A DNA stretch of 20,000 bases from an uncultured virus (IMG/VR IMGVR_UViG_3300046782_000572) (lineage: Duplodnaviria; Heunggongvirae; Uroviricota; Caudoviricetes). Of the stretch, positions 1 through 8,662 are shown in pieces (within the stretch, counting starts at the first letter, position 1; every line of letters begins with the position of its first letter). The DNA is taken from IMG/VR virus record IMGVR_UViG_3300046782_000572; one strand, written 5' to 3'. A model generated the notes under the pieces. The model was not told where the DNA came from, ran no database searches, and worked only from the letters and a program-made list of their open reading frames with translations. The position numbers and the translations under genes are program-made.

Positions 1-1
1 T

Positions 2-376
2 TTTTCGGTGCTCATCATTGCGACGTCTCCTCATGACGCGAACGGAAACCGGCACGGGTCTTCGGTGCAGTTCTCCGGGTTGAGGCGGCCACACGGGCAG
101 GTCAAGTCGCCCGACAGCACCTCGCGCGCCCGCTGGCGGCGGTGCGTTGTCGCGGATGACGGTTTCGAGGTGCTTGCTCACGACCTTGACGTGAAGACCC
201 GCGATCACGTACGTCGCCATCGAGCATTCCAGATGGTGTTCGTTCAGCACGTGCTCGCCGATCTTGCGGACCATGCCCAGTCCTTCGAGATATTCCGTGC
301 AGCCGCAACAGGTCTGGCGCGGCACTGGTTCGCCTTGCTCGTCGTCTAAGATCAGGAACAACATCACGGCCTTCAT
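2..376 (-). CDS. Hypothetical phage protein, runs off the window edge (MKAVMLFLILDDEQGEPVPRQTCCGC...)
   Basis: ATG at 374-376 immediately after the stop of 378-623; frame stays open to the window start; same orientation as the leftward block. Confidence 0.45.
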   Translation of the reverse strand, partial: MKAVMLFLILDDEQGEPVPRQTCCGCTEYLEGLGMVRKIGEHVLNEHHLECSMATYVIAGLHVKVVSKHLETVIRDNAPPPAGARGAVGRLDLPVWPPQPGELHRRPVPVSVRVMRRRRNDEHRK

Positions 377-377
377 G

Positions 378-623
378 TCAGTGACGCCCCTTTTTGAGAT
401 AGTCGCGAACCTCTTGCATCGTGCGCGGCGTGATCTCGAACTCGGTGTCGGGCTCGATCTGGGGCACCGCACATTGCCGGCACATCCTGCGGACCTTCGG
501 GGTGTGGGGGCGAAACTGCACCCGCCATCCGCATTCACAGCACTTGCCGAGCCTATTGTCAGGCAGGATCAGCGGCGTCGTGATCCGCTCGCACATCAAG
601 ATCACCTCCCGCGGCTTGGTCAT
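378..623 (-). CDS. Small Cys-rich (putative Zn-binding) phage protein, 81 aa
   Basis: MTKPREVILMCERITTPLILPDNRLGKCCECG...MCRQC; ATGA overlap with stop of 620-919. Confidence 0.65.
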   Translation of the reverse strand: MTKPREVILMCERITTPLILPDNRLGKCCECGWRVQFRPHTPKVRRMCRQCAVPQIEPDTEFEITPRTMQEVRDYLKKGRH

Positions 624-919
624 ATCCAGACCTCGACGATGCACGGATCGTCCTTCGGGTGACGCGCCATCCGCACCAAGCCGCATGGCACCGCGGCGCG
701 TGCTTCCGTGAGAGTTCTGGCGCAGAAGCAAAACTGATGGAGGATGATTTGCCCCCCAGGCCCCGGCTCCTGGCCGCGCACGACCCAATGGGCCAAGTGA
801 TCGAGCGGCTTCTCGTAGATGACCCATATGATCAGCCGGCCGTCATGATCAGCACAAAGCTGGGCCTCGCGAACGCGGGCGGCGAACTCCGTAGCGTCGC
901 TTGTCTCGGTCCAGCTCAT
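620..919 (-). CDS. Hypothetical phage protein, 99 aa
   Basis: ATGA overlaps at both ends; GGAGG RBS upstream; C-terminus ARHPKDDPCIVEVWI. Confidence 0.7.
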   Translation of the reverse strand: MSWTETSDATEFAARVREAQLCADHDGRLIIWVIYEKPLDHLAHWVVRGQEPGPGGQIILHQFCFCARTLTEARAAVPCGLVRMARHPKDDPCIVEVWI

Positions 920-1071
920 GGCGCCTCCTTCGCGGCTCGCCGGCGGCGGCCACCATTGACCCGGAGGTATTTCAGCGCAAAGCGGCCGATGCGCCCGACG
1001 AGCGGCGGCAGGATCAGCGGCGTCGTGATCCGCTCGCAGATCAAAACATACTCATCCCACTTGCGCGTCAC
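916..1071 (-). CDS. Short chimeric ORF (51 aa) whose N-terminus is paralogous to 378-623
   Basis: GTG start overlapping the TGA at 1068-1070; VLICERITTPLILP encoded by the 38-bp repeat shared with 562-599. Confidence 0.4.
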   Translation of the reverse strand: MTRKWDEYVLICERITTPLILPPLVGRIGRFALKYLRVNGGRRRRAAKEAP

Positions 1072-1218
1072 GGTTCTAACCGTTCTGAAGTCTTCGGCGC
1101 GCTGGTGTGGCCCAGGATAAATTCCACGTCGACCACGTCGCCGTCGCGCAGGTGCTCCCAATTGCGCCGGATGTAGTCGTGCGCAACCATGTGGGTGGAG
1201 GATGCGCCCCAGTCGTAT
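1068..1218 (-). pseudogene. C-terminal fragment of a conserved phage hypothetical protein (YDWGASSTHMVAHDYIRRNWEHLRDGDVVDVEFILGHTSAPKTSERLEP)
   Basis: Frame absent from the ORF track; protein-like and ends in a GTGA-coupled stop; upstream part of the frame is closed by a TGA near 1264 and occupied by an unrelated Zn-ribbon start (MREFKCSTCG). Confidence 0.5.
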
Positions 1219-1329
1219 AACGCATTCGATCGGCTTGTCGTCGGCGGCCGGCGCCTCGATCGTCAGGAGCTTGTATTCGGCCCCGCATGTCGAACACTTA
1301 AATTCGCGCATCGCCCCCCCCCCCCCAAA

Positions 1330-1584
1330 TCACCCCTCGACGAACTCGACGAGTTTGAGCCGCTGCGCAATCTGGCCGGCCGCGAATTCATCCTTGTGGG
1401 CATTCCAAAACCCACGGCAACAAACGCCGCTGCCGCGTTTTGCATGATGGCACTCGCGGTAGCCTTTGAAGCCGATGTGTTTGTCCCGCACCTCGTCTTC
1501 CAAATGTTCAAGATTCCAGCCGAGGTCCGCGCGGTAGATGCACGTTGCGCAAGGTGCAGCCATCACCTTGAAAGTGCCCTTCAT
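1330..1584 (-). CDS. Cys/His-rich hypothetical phage protein, 84 aa
   Basis: PCATCIYR...ECHH...CCRGF pattern; ATGA overlap with 1581-1940. Confidence 0.7.
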   Translation of the reverse strand: MKGTFKVMAAPCATCIYRADLGWNLEHLEDEVRDKHIGFKGYRECHHAKRGSGVCCRGFWNAHKDEFAAGQIAQRLKLVEFVEG

Positions 1585-1940
1585 AGCTCAGCCATCCATT
1601 CCTTGTCGCCGAACACCACCACGACCGGGCCGACGAGGTAGTCTGGCGAGGACGGCCGCCGCCCCAAGGGCGCCCCCTTGAATTCGGGTCGGCGCCTCAG
1701 AGCCGCATCCCAATGGGCGCAGGCAAGATCATTCAGGGCCAGTTTCTTGCGCTTGCCGTCTTCGTCGCAGAACGCGACGCAGCGCTGCAACGCACCGTTA
1801 ACCACGATCGTGTGGAAATATGGCACCACTTCGAGATAGCCGCCGACCGCCTGCTTTAGCGACGGCAGATCGATCGGCGCCGTGAAGTCGACCGTGTGCA
1901 CCGGGCCGTCCGGCGGGATCACCAGCATGGTGCCTTTCAT
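1581..1940 (-). CDS. DUF3846-like phage protein, 119 aa
   Basis: MKGTMLVIPPDG...LKQAVGGYLEVVP...FCDEDGK...LVGPVVVV; TGATG overlap at 1938-1942. Confidence 0.7.
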   Translation of the reverse strand: MKGTMLVIPPDGPVHTVDFTAPIDLPSLKQAVGGYLEVVPYFHTIVVNGALQRCVAFCDEDGKRKKLALNDLACAHWDAALRRRPEFKGAPLGRRPSSPDYLVGPVVVVFGDKEWMAEL

Positions 1941-2075
1941 CAGTACACCCGGATGTCGTCGGGGGTGATTTGGCCGCACGCAACTTGCTCGTCGATCCTC
2001 TGGACATGCGGGGAAATGAGGTCGCGAACAAGCTCGACGTGATGTTCGAGGATTTCGCGACGCAGCCTCACTTCG
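1940..2075 (-). pseudogene. 5'-truncated paralogue of 2457-2738
   Basis: LRREILEHHVELVRDLISPHVQRIDEQVACGQITPDDIRVY aligns with LRNGILESHVELVRSLIPMNVQMIDERVARGEITPDDIRVAEL; no independent start outside the upstream gene. Confidence 0.6.
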
Positions 2076-2460
2076 GCCTCGAATAGGTGACGACCGCGCG
2101 TGCACCGGTCGGCTCTTCGATCCACTCGGTTGTCGGCACGATGACGCCGAGCCATTCGATGGTCACCGTCAGAAGATCAATCGGGATGAACGGCGCGCGG
2201 ATGCGGCCTTCGTCGTCGGCGCCGATGATGATCGCGCGGCCGGCATATGGCGCATGCTGGACGGGCAATTTGAACGCGTGGACAGGCTCGCCCCGCGTGA
2301 GGCCGAATTCGTAGACCCAGATCGAATCGTGTTCGTCGCTGATGACGCTGTAATCCATGTCGCCGCCCACGATGCGCCTCATGGCCACGAGCATGCCATC
2401 GTTCGGCAGGTCGATCGCCTTGATGGTCCGCGCCTCGGGATCGATCAGGTAGGCTTTCAC
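2068..2460 (-). CDS. DUF3846-like phage protein, 130 aa
   Basis: GTG start overlapping stop of 2457-2738; MKAYLIDPEARTI...MRRIVGGD...YAGRAIIIGADDEG. Confidence 0.65.
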   Translation of the reverse strand: MKAYLIDPEARTIKAIDLPNDGMLVAMRRIVGGDMDYSVISDEHDSIWVYEFGLTRGEPVHAFKLPVQHAPYAGRAIIIGADDEGRIRAPFIPIDLLTVTIEWLGVIVPTTEWIEEPTGARAVVTYSRPK

Positions 2461-2738
2461 AGCTCGGCCACCCGGATGTCGTCGGGGGTGATTTCGCCGC
2501 GCGCGACGCGCTCGTCGATCATCTGCACATTCATGGGGATGAGGCTGCGAACAAGCTCGACGTGACTTTCGAGGATTCCGTTGCGCAGCCTCTCGGTTTC
2601 TGCCGGGGTGTCGGCGCGAAGCGCGGCCAACATCATCGAGGTCAGATCGGCGAGGGCTGCGCTGACGACCACGGGGTGATGGCCGCGCAGCATCGGGGCA
2701 ATGCTTGCGACTAGGCGTGCGATTTTCTCGGGAGTCAT
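2457..2738 (-). CDS. Hypothetical phage protein, 93 aa
   Basis: Start and stop overlap both neighbours; paralogous fragment at 1940-2075. Confidence 0.7.
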   Translation of the reverse strand: MTPEKIARLVASIAPMLRGHHPVVVSAALADLTSMMLAALRADTPAETERLRNGILESHVELVRSLIPMNVQMIDERVARGEITPDDIRVAEL

Positions 2739-3118
2739 GATGAAATCCCCGCAAGGCCCTCGGCGAGGGCCAGCAGTCGGTGGCGCACGCCTGTGTCGGC
2801 GATGCCCACATACGCGCGGAGCATCGCGGCAGCGCCGTGGACGGCCAACAGCTCGGTTTCGATCCGGTCGCCGCCGGCGGTGTTCAGCTCGCCGAAAAAA
2901 TAGGCCACATCGACATCGAGCACCTTGGCGAGGATCGCCAACCGTGACGGCGCCACGCGGTTGGCGCCGTTTTCGTATTTCTGCACCTGTTGAAAGGTGA
3001 CGCCGATAGTCTTGGCAAGCTCGGTTTGCGTTTTGTTGAGCAGCAGGCGACGTGCCCGGATGCGCAGCCCAACTTCAATGTCGACGTTTGCAGGCTTTCC
3101 TTTTCCACTGCTTGTCAT
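2735..3118 (-). CDS. XRE-family helix-turn-helix transcriptional regulator, 127 aa
   Basis: VGLRIRARRLLLNKTQTELAKTIGVTFQQVQKYENGANRV, the typical alphaproteobacterial XRE motif; GAGAGGGG RBS before ATG 3118. Confidence 0.9.
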   Translation of the reverse strand: MTSSGKGKPANVDIEVGLRIRARRLLLNKTQTELAKTIGVTFQQVQKYENGANRVAPSRLAILAKVLDVDVAYFFGELNTAGGDRIETELLAVHGAAAMLRAYVGIADTGVRHRLLALAEGLAGISS

Positions 3119-3293
3119 AATCGAACCCCTCTCTTGATTTGAGTAGCGGCCGACGAGCAACGCAAGTGATCGTGAGGGAGAGCGAGACGAGAGAAAGAAG
3201 GATTTGTCACAGGGACATATCACGGATTTCCAAATATGGAAACAGGCATACGAAACCAAGATCACGACTTCAAGCATTGCTATTCGGCCTCTC

Positions 3294-3470
3294 ATGGGGC
3301 GAAAGCTACGCTGGCCAGAGCGGATCATGGTGAAGTTGGCGGTCGGGACTCTCGCCCGCATCGCCGCGGTATTGCGGGCAAGGGAACGGCGAATGTCGTT
3401 CCTGCGGGACGCAATCGAGCGCGAAATCGCGCGCCGGCGGAAGCTAAAAAACAACCGCCCAGAGTCATAG
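3294..3470 (+). CDS. Small ribbon-helix-helix-like DNA-binding protein, 58 aa
   Basis: MGRKLRWPERIMVKLAVGTLARIAAVL...RMSFLRDAIEREIARR has a strand-helix-helix pattern; divergent from the XRE gene. Confidence 0.65.
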   Translation: MGRKLRWPERIMVKLAVGTLARIAAVLRARERRMSFLRDAIEREIARRRKLKNNRPES

Positions 3471-3830
3471 CTGCTTTGCGCGGCGCGCCCATCGCGCCAG
3501 ATGGCTTGGAAAGCTCGCGGCATCCAGCGACGGCTGCTCACCAAACAGGCATTCGGCAAACTCGACGAGTTCGAGGTACGTCATCTTGTCGACGATGCAG
3601 GCGACGGCGCGCTGGCGATGGCCGGCGGTTCCCATCAGAGCCATCATGCGGCGGTGATCATCGACCTGTTCACGCGCCTCGCGGGATATGGTCGTCAGCT
3701 CGACGATCGACGCCGACTCGTGGAGCGGGGCGATCGCGTTCGCGACTGCAGCCAGCCGGCGGCGACGGTCCTGGTCGTGCGCCTCTTCCTCTGATGCCTC
3801 TTGCGCCCAAGCTTCCTGATGATCGGTCAT
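3465..3830 (-). CDS. Hypothetical protein, 121 aa
   Basis: GGAGG RBS at 3841-3845; protein-like composition. Confidence 0.6.
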   Translation of the reverse strand: MTDHQEAWAQEASEEEAHDQDRRRRLAAVANAIAPLHESASIVELTTISREAREQVDDHRRMMALMGTAGHRQRAVACIVDKMTYLELVEFAECLFGEQPSLDAASFPSHLARWARRAKQL

Positions 3831-3994
3831 GACTTCGGTTCCTCCATGGGGGTTGCTGGTGCCACCTTCCGCGATTTCACGGTTTAGATGACCGGACCAC
3901 CCGCCGGCGGGGAGGACCGAATCGCGGCTTGATCTCGCCTCTCACGAGCGCCCGTTGATGGCGCGGCTGCGGGTAGAACTTCCTCCCCTTTTGG

Positions 3995-4010
3995 TGTTGC
4001 ACGTGAAACA
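3995..4010. promoter_or_regulatory. parS-like ParB-binding site TGTTGCACGTGAAACA
   Basis: 15/16 match to the palindrome TGTTTCACGTGAAACA and exact match to TGTTNCACGTGAAACA; lies in likely non-coding DNA. Confidence 0.65.
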
Positions 4011-4388
4011 TCCGGGTTGTGCGGAACGACCGCACACGCCGTGGTAAGCAGCCGCCCCCGGAGTCCGTGGCAGTCCCCGGGAGCGGCCGTCCCGCGCCGG
4101 CGCCGTTGACTCGCCAGCGTAGGAAGCCTGTGGGCGCGGTTTCTGGCGCCTGGCGCCCAGGTGCGGGCGCCGCATGGGCGGGGCCTTTGGCGAAGGTGGT
4201 TCGGGCGGGCGGCGGCATTGCCACCCGCCCGCCGCGCGCCGGCTCACTGCCCGGTTAACCGGCGCTTGGCTCTTATCGGGGTGCGGTTGACACGGCCGGC
4301 GGTTCCGCTTGGCACGCGAGTCGCCGGCGAGAACAGATGCGAACGCTGGCGCCGTGGCGCCGAGAACGGATGGGGAAGCATCGGAAGG

Positions 4389-4520
4389 AAAACCCTGTAA
4401 ATAACTGTGTAACCCATTGATCTTGCTGCTATGGCGCAAATTGCGGGCTTCCGTGATCCGCCTTTTGGGCCAATGGTTTACCGGGTTTTTTACAGGGTTT
4501 TTTTTCGACGCTGTAAAAAC
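4389..4520. mobile_element. Putative attP region with arm-type repeats
   Basis: AT-rich tract just downstream of the integrase; perfect 13-bp inverted repeat AAAACCCTGTAAA (4389-4401) / TTTACAGGGTTTT (4489-4501); variant TTTACCGGGTTTT (4477-4489); CTGTAAA (4511-4517). Confidence 0.6.
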
Positions 4521-4537
4521 CGCACTTAACGCGATTC

Positions 4538-5728
4538 TCACTTCACCCTCCTGATCGCGGCGCGCCGCGCTTTCGCCTGATCGGCAAAAGCCTGATCGAG
4601 CAGGTCGGCGGCCTGATCGGCGAGCGCACGTTGATTGGCGAGCCGCACGTAATAGCTCGCCATCTGATCGGTCTGGTGACCGAGCTGGGCGCGGATCAGC
4701 GGGATCGAGCCGCCGTTGAGCGCCAGCATGATGCCGGTGTTCTTGCGCAGCCCATGCACCGTGTAGTCGCCGGCGTCGATCTCGCGCAGCACCCGCTTGA
4801 TTTGATGCGAGAGCCCGGAACGCGTGTAGGGCTTTCCCCAATGGCTGAGCAGAAGGTGTTCGCCACGCCGCGGGGTGCGCTTCAAGATATCTTGAAGCAT
4901 CTTCGGCGCCCGGATGGTGAGCTGTGCCTTGGTTTTTTTCTGCACCACTTGAATGTGGGCGCCATCGTAGTCCGCCCATTTCATCTTGATCACGTCGGAC
5001 ACGCGCTGCCCGGTGCACAGCAACAGGTGAAAGGCGAGCGCGAGCTGGTCGGAGCACGCCGCTAAGAAACGCTGCTGCACGTCGGCGGGCCAATCCTTGT
5101 GCTCCTGGCGGACGCTGTAGGGCTCCGGCACGTCGCCATCGCGCATCGGATTCTTGACGGCGCCAATGTCGATCTCGGGGAGCGTCCTGGCGAACCTCCA
5201 CAGGTTCGACAGCAATGCCTTTTGCAACGACGCGCACGACGCCGAACGATGCTTCCGCTTGATGCGGTCGATGTAGAGCGTGGCATTGCGCGGATTGAGA
5301 TCGGTCAGCTTGACCGCCGCCATGCCCTCTTCGCGCATCAGGTCGAGCCCTTTGCGGTAGTTGTATTGGGTATCGGCGGCGTAGGGCTTTTCGATCAAGT
5401 CTGGCATGTCTGGCCGCGCAAAGAAATCCGAGCGCAGCCATTGCTCGATCACCCATCCGATTGCTGGCGGCCGATAGACGTCGCGGCCATCGATACGCTC
5501 GACCAGCTTGGCGGTGTCCGGCCTCGGCCGGATCATGAGCGATGGCCTGCCACCCGGCTTTGGGTTGCCGCCGTGCTTGCCGGCGCCAAGTTCGCTGATC
5601 AGGCGGTCGTATGCGCGAGCGAATTCGATTGAGGATTCGTCATCCGGCAAGCGCTCTATGGTCTTGCCGTTGGCGCGGAAGTAGAGGTGCCCCGTCTTCA
5701 GACGTTGGATGTATTTGCGCTTCGTCAC
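4538..5728 (-). CDS. int: Tyrosine recombinase / phage integrase, 396 aa
   Basis: Catalytic motifs TGQRVSD (R), QKKT (K), HGLRK (HxxR), LGH and C-terminal YY; GTGA-coupled to the excisionase. Confidence 0.95.
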   Translation of the reverse strand: MTKRKYIQRLKTGHLYFRANGKTIERLPDDESSIEFARAYDRLISELGAGKHGGNPKPGGRPSLMIRPRPDTAKLVERIDGRDVYRPPAIGWVIEQWLRSDFFARPDMPDLIEKPYAADTQYNYRKGLDLMREEGMAAVKLTDLNPRNATLYIDRIKRKHRSASCASLQKALLSNLWRFARTLPEIDIGAVKNPMRDGDVPEPYSVRQEHKDWPADVQQRFLAACSDQLALAFHLLLCTGQRVSDVIKMKWADYDGAHIQVVQKKTKAQLTIRAPKMLQDILKRTPRRGEHLLLSHWGKPYTRSGLSHQIKRVLREIDAGDYTVHGLRKNTGIMLALNGGSIPLIRAQLGHQTDQMASYYVRLANQRALADQAADLLDQAFADQAKARRAAIRRVK

Positions 5729-5982
5729 GTGTCCCTCGCTAACAGTTCATCGATCGTGTTGCGCGGCGTTTCCGGTTCCCCCTCGTAATTCTCGATGAAC
5801 GCATCGAGCGAGAGACGGTCCCAGAACACCAAGCCTTCGAGCCGCTTCGGCTTCGGCAACCGGCCTCTTTCCACGAGTCGCAGGAACGTGCTGGTTCCCA
5901 TGGAAAGGTAGGCTGCCGCTCGGTCGGCCCGCATGGCCCGCGGTGGGTAGGCAAGCGAATCCGCCAGTTTGTGGCCCACCAC
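5725..5982 (-). CDS. Excisionase / AlpA-like winged-helix protein, 85 aa
   Basis: PPRAMRADRAAAYLSMGTSTFLRLVERGRLPKP...FWDRLSLD; directly upstream of int. Confidence 0.85.
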   Translation of the reverse strand: MVGHKLADSLAYPPRAMRADRAAAYLSMGTSTFLRLVERGRLPKPKRLEGLVFWDRLSLDAFIENYEGEPETPRNTIDELLARDT

Positions 5983-6026
5983 GCGGCTCCGGTGTATTAG
6001 GTTATTCGTGCAACCCTGACAAGACT

Positions 6027-6209
6027 TTATTTCCGATCAAGGAAACCTGCGACCTCGAACAGCTTCTCTTCGGCGTCCGCAAAGCGCCGGCTGAGGTCGG
6101 CCGGAATGCCCTGGTCCTCATGCGGCGCGGCGTCGATGCACGCCAGGAACGCCGCGCGCGCGTCGCGCCATTCGATCGCGGCATCGAGGAGTCGTTCGAC
6201 TTGCGTCAC
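6027..6209 (-). CDS. Hypothetical protein, 60 aa
   Basis: GTGA-coupled to upstream gene; GGAG RBS. Confidence 0.55.
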   Translation of the reverse strand: MTQVERLLDAAIEWRDARAAFLACIDAAPHEDQGIPADLSRRFADAEEKLFEVAGFLDRK

Positions 6210-6613
6210 AGCGGGTGCTCCGTCTGCGTCTTTCCGTTCGCCTTGCCCCGCAGTCGCGCGAGCCGCGACGCGGAAATCCGGCTCACTGCCTTGAGTCGAG
6301 CGCGCAACTTAGCGTTCGTCTCAGTCAAATATTTTGCCTCCCGGCTCGCCCAAGTACCCCAAAGGAACTCCCGCAGACTTTCATGCTCTGTGCGGACAGC
6401 GTTTTCCCATTGACCGCAATAATGGCCGGTTGTGACCTCCAACCACGCCGGGTGAAAGGTACAGGTTGCAGCGATATGCCGTTCGGTCTCTCTGATGAGT
6501 CTTCTGGCATCGTAGCGATCGTATTCCTCACCTTCGAACGTTGGTTTCCAGTCCGCCGGTATCTTGAACCTGACGTGCTTGCAGGTCAGACAGGCTTTGC
6601 GTTGTTCAGTCAC
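6206..6613 (-). CDS. Cys-motif hypothetical phage protein, 135 aa
   Basis: GTG start overlapping stop of 6610-6798; CLTCKH...TCTFHP...HYCGQW. Confidence 0.6.
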   Translation of the reverse strand: MTEQRKACLTCKHVRFKIPADWKPTFEGEEYDRYDARRLIRETERHIAATCTFHPAWLEVTTGHYCGQWENAVRTEHESLREFLWGTWASREAKYLTETNAKLRARLKAVSRISASRLARLRGKANGKTQTEHPL

Positions 6614-6798
6614 AGCTTGCCGATCTTCTCGATGGCGGCGCGCGCAATCTCGCGGGCTTCGTATTTGGTCATTGGCGTCCACGTATGACCAAACGGGTCT
6701 GGATGCGCACCGCGAAAGCCCTCGACGATGGCCTCCAATGCCTCAAGCAGATCGGGTCCGGCCTTTCTGATGCGCTCAAGCTCTTCTAGGGTTTTCAT
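6610..6798 (-). CDS. Small phage protein, 62 aa
   Basis: AGPDLLEALE...ARAAIEK resembles the common phage AAPDLLEAL motif; abuts upstream stop. Confidence 0.7.
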   Translation of the reverse strand: MKTLEELERIRKAGPDLLEALEAIVEGFRGAHPDPFGHTWTPMTKYEAREIARAAIEKIGKL

Positions 6799-7293
6799 TC
6801 AAATCCCCATGTGCTCGCGCATCACGCGGACCCATTGGGCCGGCGTTGCTTCGTCCGGCATGCCGACTTTCGTCGCGTCGAGAGCCGCCGCCATCTTGCG
6901 TATCCCGTGCAGGACCGTGGTGTGGTCCCGGCCAAAGCGCCGGCCGATTTCCGGCAAGGTGCGCAACGTCAAATACTTGCACAGCGAAAACGCGATTTGG
7001 CGCGGGGCCACGACATCTTTAGTGCGGCGCACCGATAGCAGCTTGGCTCTTTTCACTTCGAATTCAGTGCAGACCGCCCGCACAATCTCCTCGACACGCA
7101 CCGGCAGCAGCGGCGGCTCGATCGGCTCGACAGGCGGCGGCTCAGGCTCGACGCGGCGCTTGACAGGCGGCGGCGGCGGAGTCGTTCCGACCTCGGAGCG
7201 GTGGGCAAAGAAATGGTTTCGGATCGTGGCGTAGCTCGCAATCATCTCTGCCGCGCTGTGGTAGTTCGACACGTGGGCAGGGGTGCATCTCAT
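6799..7293 (-). CDS. DnaA C-terminal (domain IV) HTH-containing protein, 164 aa
   Basis: [45 protein letters not shown] matches DnaA domain IV; GGAGG RBS and ATGA overlap at 7290-7293; no AAA+ domain. Confidence 0.9.
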   Translation of the reverse strand: MRCTPAHVSNYHSAAEMIASYATIRNHFFAHRSEVGTTPPPPPVKRRVEPEPPPVEPIEPPLLPVRVEEIVRAVCTEFEVKRAKLLSVRRTKDVVAPRQIAFSLCKYLTLRTLPEIGRRFGRDHTTVLHGIRKMAAALDATKVGMPDEATPAQWVRVMREHMGI

Positions 7294-7493
7294 TGCAGAA
7301 CCTCCCGTTCGCTTTCGATCTCGGCGACGCGCGCCATCAAGCTCGTCATCGCAGCATCTCGATCCGCGTCGTGATGATGGAGAAACCACGCGATCATGGT
7401 CGCAAGCATGCCCTCGCGGCCGTCATCGTTGAACGGTGCCAAGATATCGCGCATGACGTCGAGATCGCGATGGACACGGCGTTCCAATTTCAT
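7290..7493 (-). CDS. Hypothetical protein, 67 aa
   Basis: ATGA overlaps at both ends; AGGAG RBS. Confidence 0.65.
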   Translation of the reverse strand: MKLERRVHRDLDVMRDILAPFNDDGREGMLATMIAWFLHHHDADRDAAMTSLMARVAEIESEREVLQ

Positions 7494-8638
7494 GACGGCA
7501 TCTCCTTCAAAAACGCGAGCGCGGCCTGGACCTCCTTCGCCATCTCGTCAGTGTCAGCCGCGGTCATCTGAGCGCCGTTGCGCATCGTTCTCGCGTTCGC
7601 CCCGGTCCACCACGTGTCGAGCATCGCGGCATCCGCGGGTTTTGCGGCGGCGATGATCTGGCGCACCAGCAGCTTGAAAGTGTCGACATCCTTGGGCGGA
7701 CGCTTCTGCGCCATGCCGATCAGATCCCCGATGGTGGGTTCTGGCTCGGCCTGCGTATGCGACTCTTCGCCGGCGTCGTGTTCGACCACAGTGCCGTCGC
7801 CGGGCCGCGGGTCGCCGGGATCATCACCGCCGCCGGCGCCGAACTGCTCAAGCGCCGCCATCGCGCTGCGCGGCTGGCGTTTGGTGACCTCCTTGCCGCG
7901 CTCTTTCGCGCCCTCGAAATCATACAATTCATCGTCTCGGTGCAAGAGCGCGTCGAGATCACTCGATGATGGGAGTTGCTTTGCGTGCCGGCGAATGACC
8001 GTTTTCTTTGCCATCTCGCCGTAGGTAACGCGGTCGTGCCACGGCCCGCCCTTTTTTGCGCGAGAGAATTTTTGCCTGATCTCCTCGACCTGGCGGATCG
8101 TCATCACTTCGCGCGACAGCGTGCCATCCTTGTACTTGCAGATCGAATAGACGTGTGTGATAGGGCGCTCGGTGCCGCCGGTCAGCGCCGGCTTATGCAT
8201 GATATGCGGCTCGTCGCCGAGCTGATAATCGAACATGTCGCCGTCGCGCACCTCGCATGCCCACAGGTCGGCGATCTCGCCAGAGTTGCGTGCCTTCTTC
8301 CGAATGCCGGCGATCATCGGCATGTAGGTGGCTTGGTCGCTGCTTTTGCGTTGACCATCTTCGCCGCTTTCGCCGAAAGGCACGATCGCAGCCTCGCGGC
8401 CGTCAGGCAGCAAGCCGTCTTGTGCGCATTTCATGCAGGAATTGAAAATGCTCTGACGCGTGCAGGCGAGCAGCTTCGCGTTGTTTTGGATTGCAGTCAT
8501 CACCACGCGCATAAAACGCTCGACCGGAATGTGAGCGGGCAACGCATAAGAAAACTGCGGCCCCATCTTTTCAAGGTCGCGCCGGAATTGATCGAGGACG
8601 CTGAGCTGCTTGCCGGCCGGCTTGGTCTGTGTATCCAT
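7490..8638 (-). CDS. recT: RecT-family single-strand annealing recombinase, 382 aa
   Basis: ALPAHIPVERFMRV...CAQDGLLPDGREAAIVPF...ARNSGEI...GPW...MAKKTVIRR; AGGAGG RBS. Confidence 0.95.
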   Translation of the reverse strand: MDTQTKPAGKQLSVLDQFRRDLEKMGPQFSYALPAHIPVERFMRVVMTAIQNNAKLLACTRQSIFNSCMKCAQDGLLPDGREAAIVPFGESGEDGQRKSSDQATYMPMIAGIRKKARNSGEIADLWACEVRDGDMFDYQLGDEPHIMHKPALTGGTERPITHVYSICKYKDGTLSREVMTIRQVEEIRQKFSRAKKGGPWHDRVTYGEMAKKTVIRRHAKQLPSSSDLDALLHRDDELYDFEGAKERGKEVTKRQPRSAMAALEQFGAGGGDDPGDPRPGDGTVVEHDAGEESHTQAEPEPTIGDLIGMAQKRPPKDVDTFKLLVRQIIAAAKPADAAMLDTWWTGANARTMRNGAQMTAADTDEMAKEVQAALAFLKEMPS

Positions 8639-8662
8639 TTTTTCCCTCCTGTTTGAGTTTTC

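Noticed and set aside
916..1311. 131-aa ORF as a single real gene
   Set aside because: Its middle is an off-frame reading of another gene fragment; better explained as a mosaic
3877..4224. ORF containing MFHVQH
   Set aside because: MFHV[KQ]H is the usual translation of a parS site; the rest is low complexity
4402..4476. tRNA-derived att core
   Set aside because: No GTTCGA T-loop or CCA end recognised on either strand
3942..5456. 504-aa alternative-frame ORF over the integrase
   Set aside because: Arg/Ala-rich shadow frame crossing the att region; the integrase frame holds all motifs
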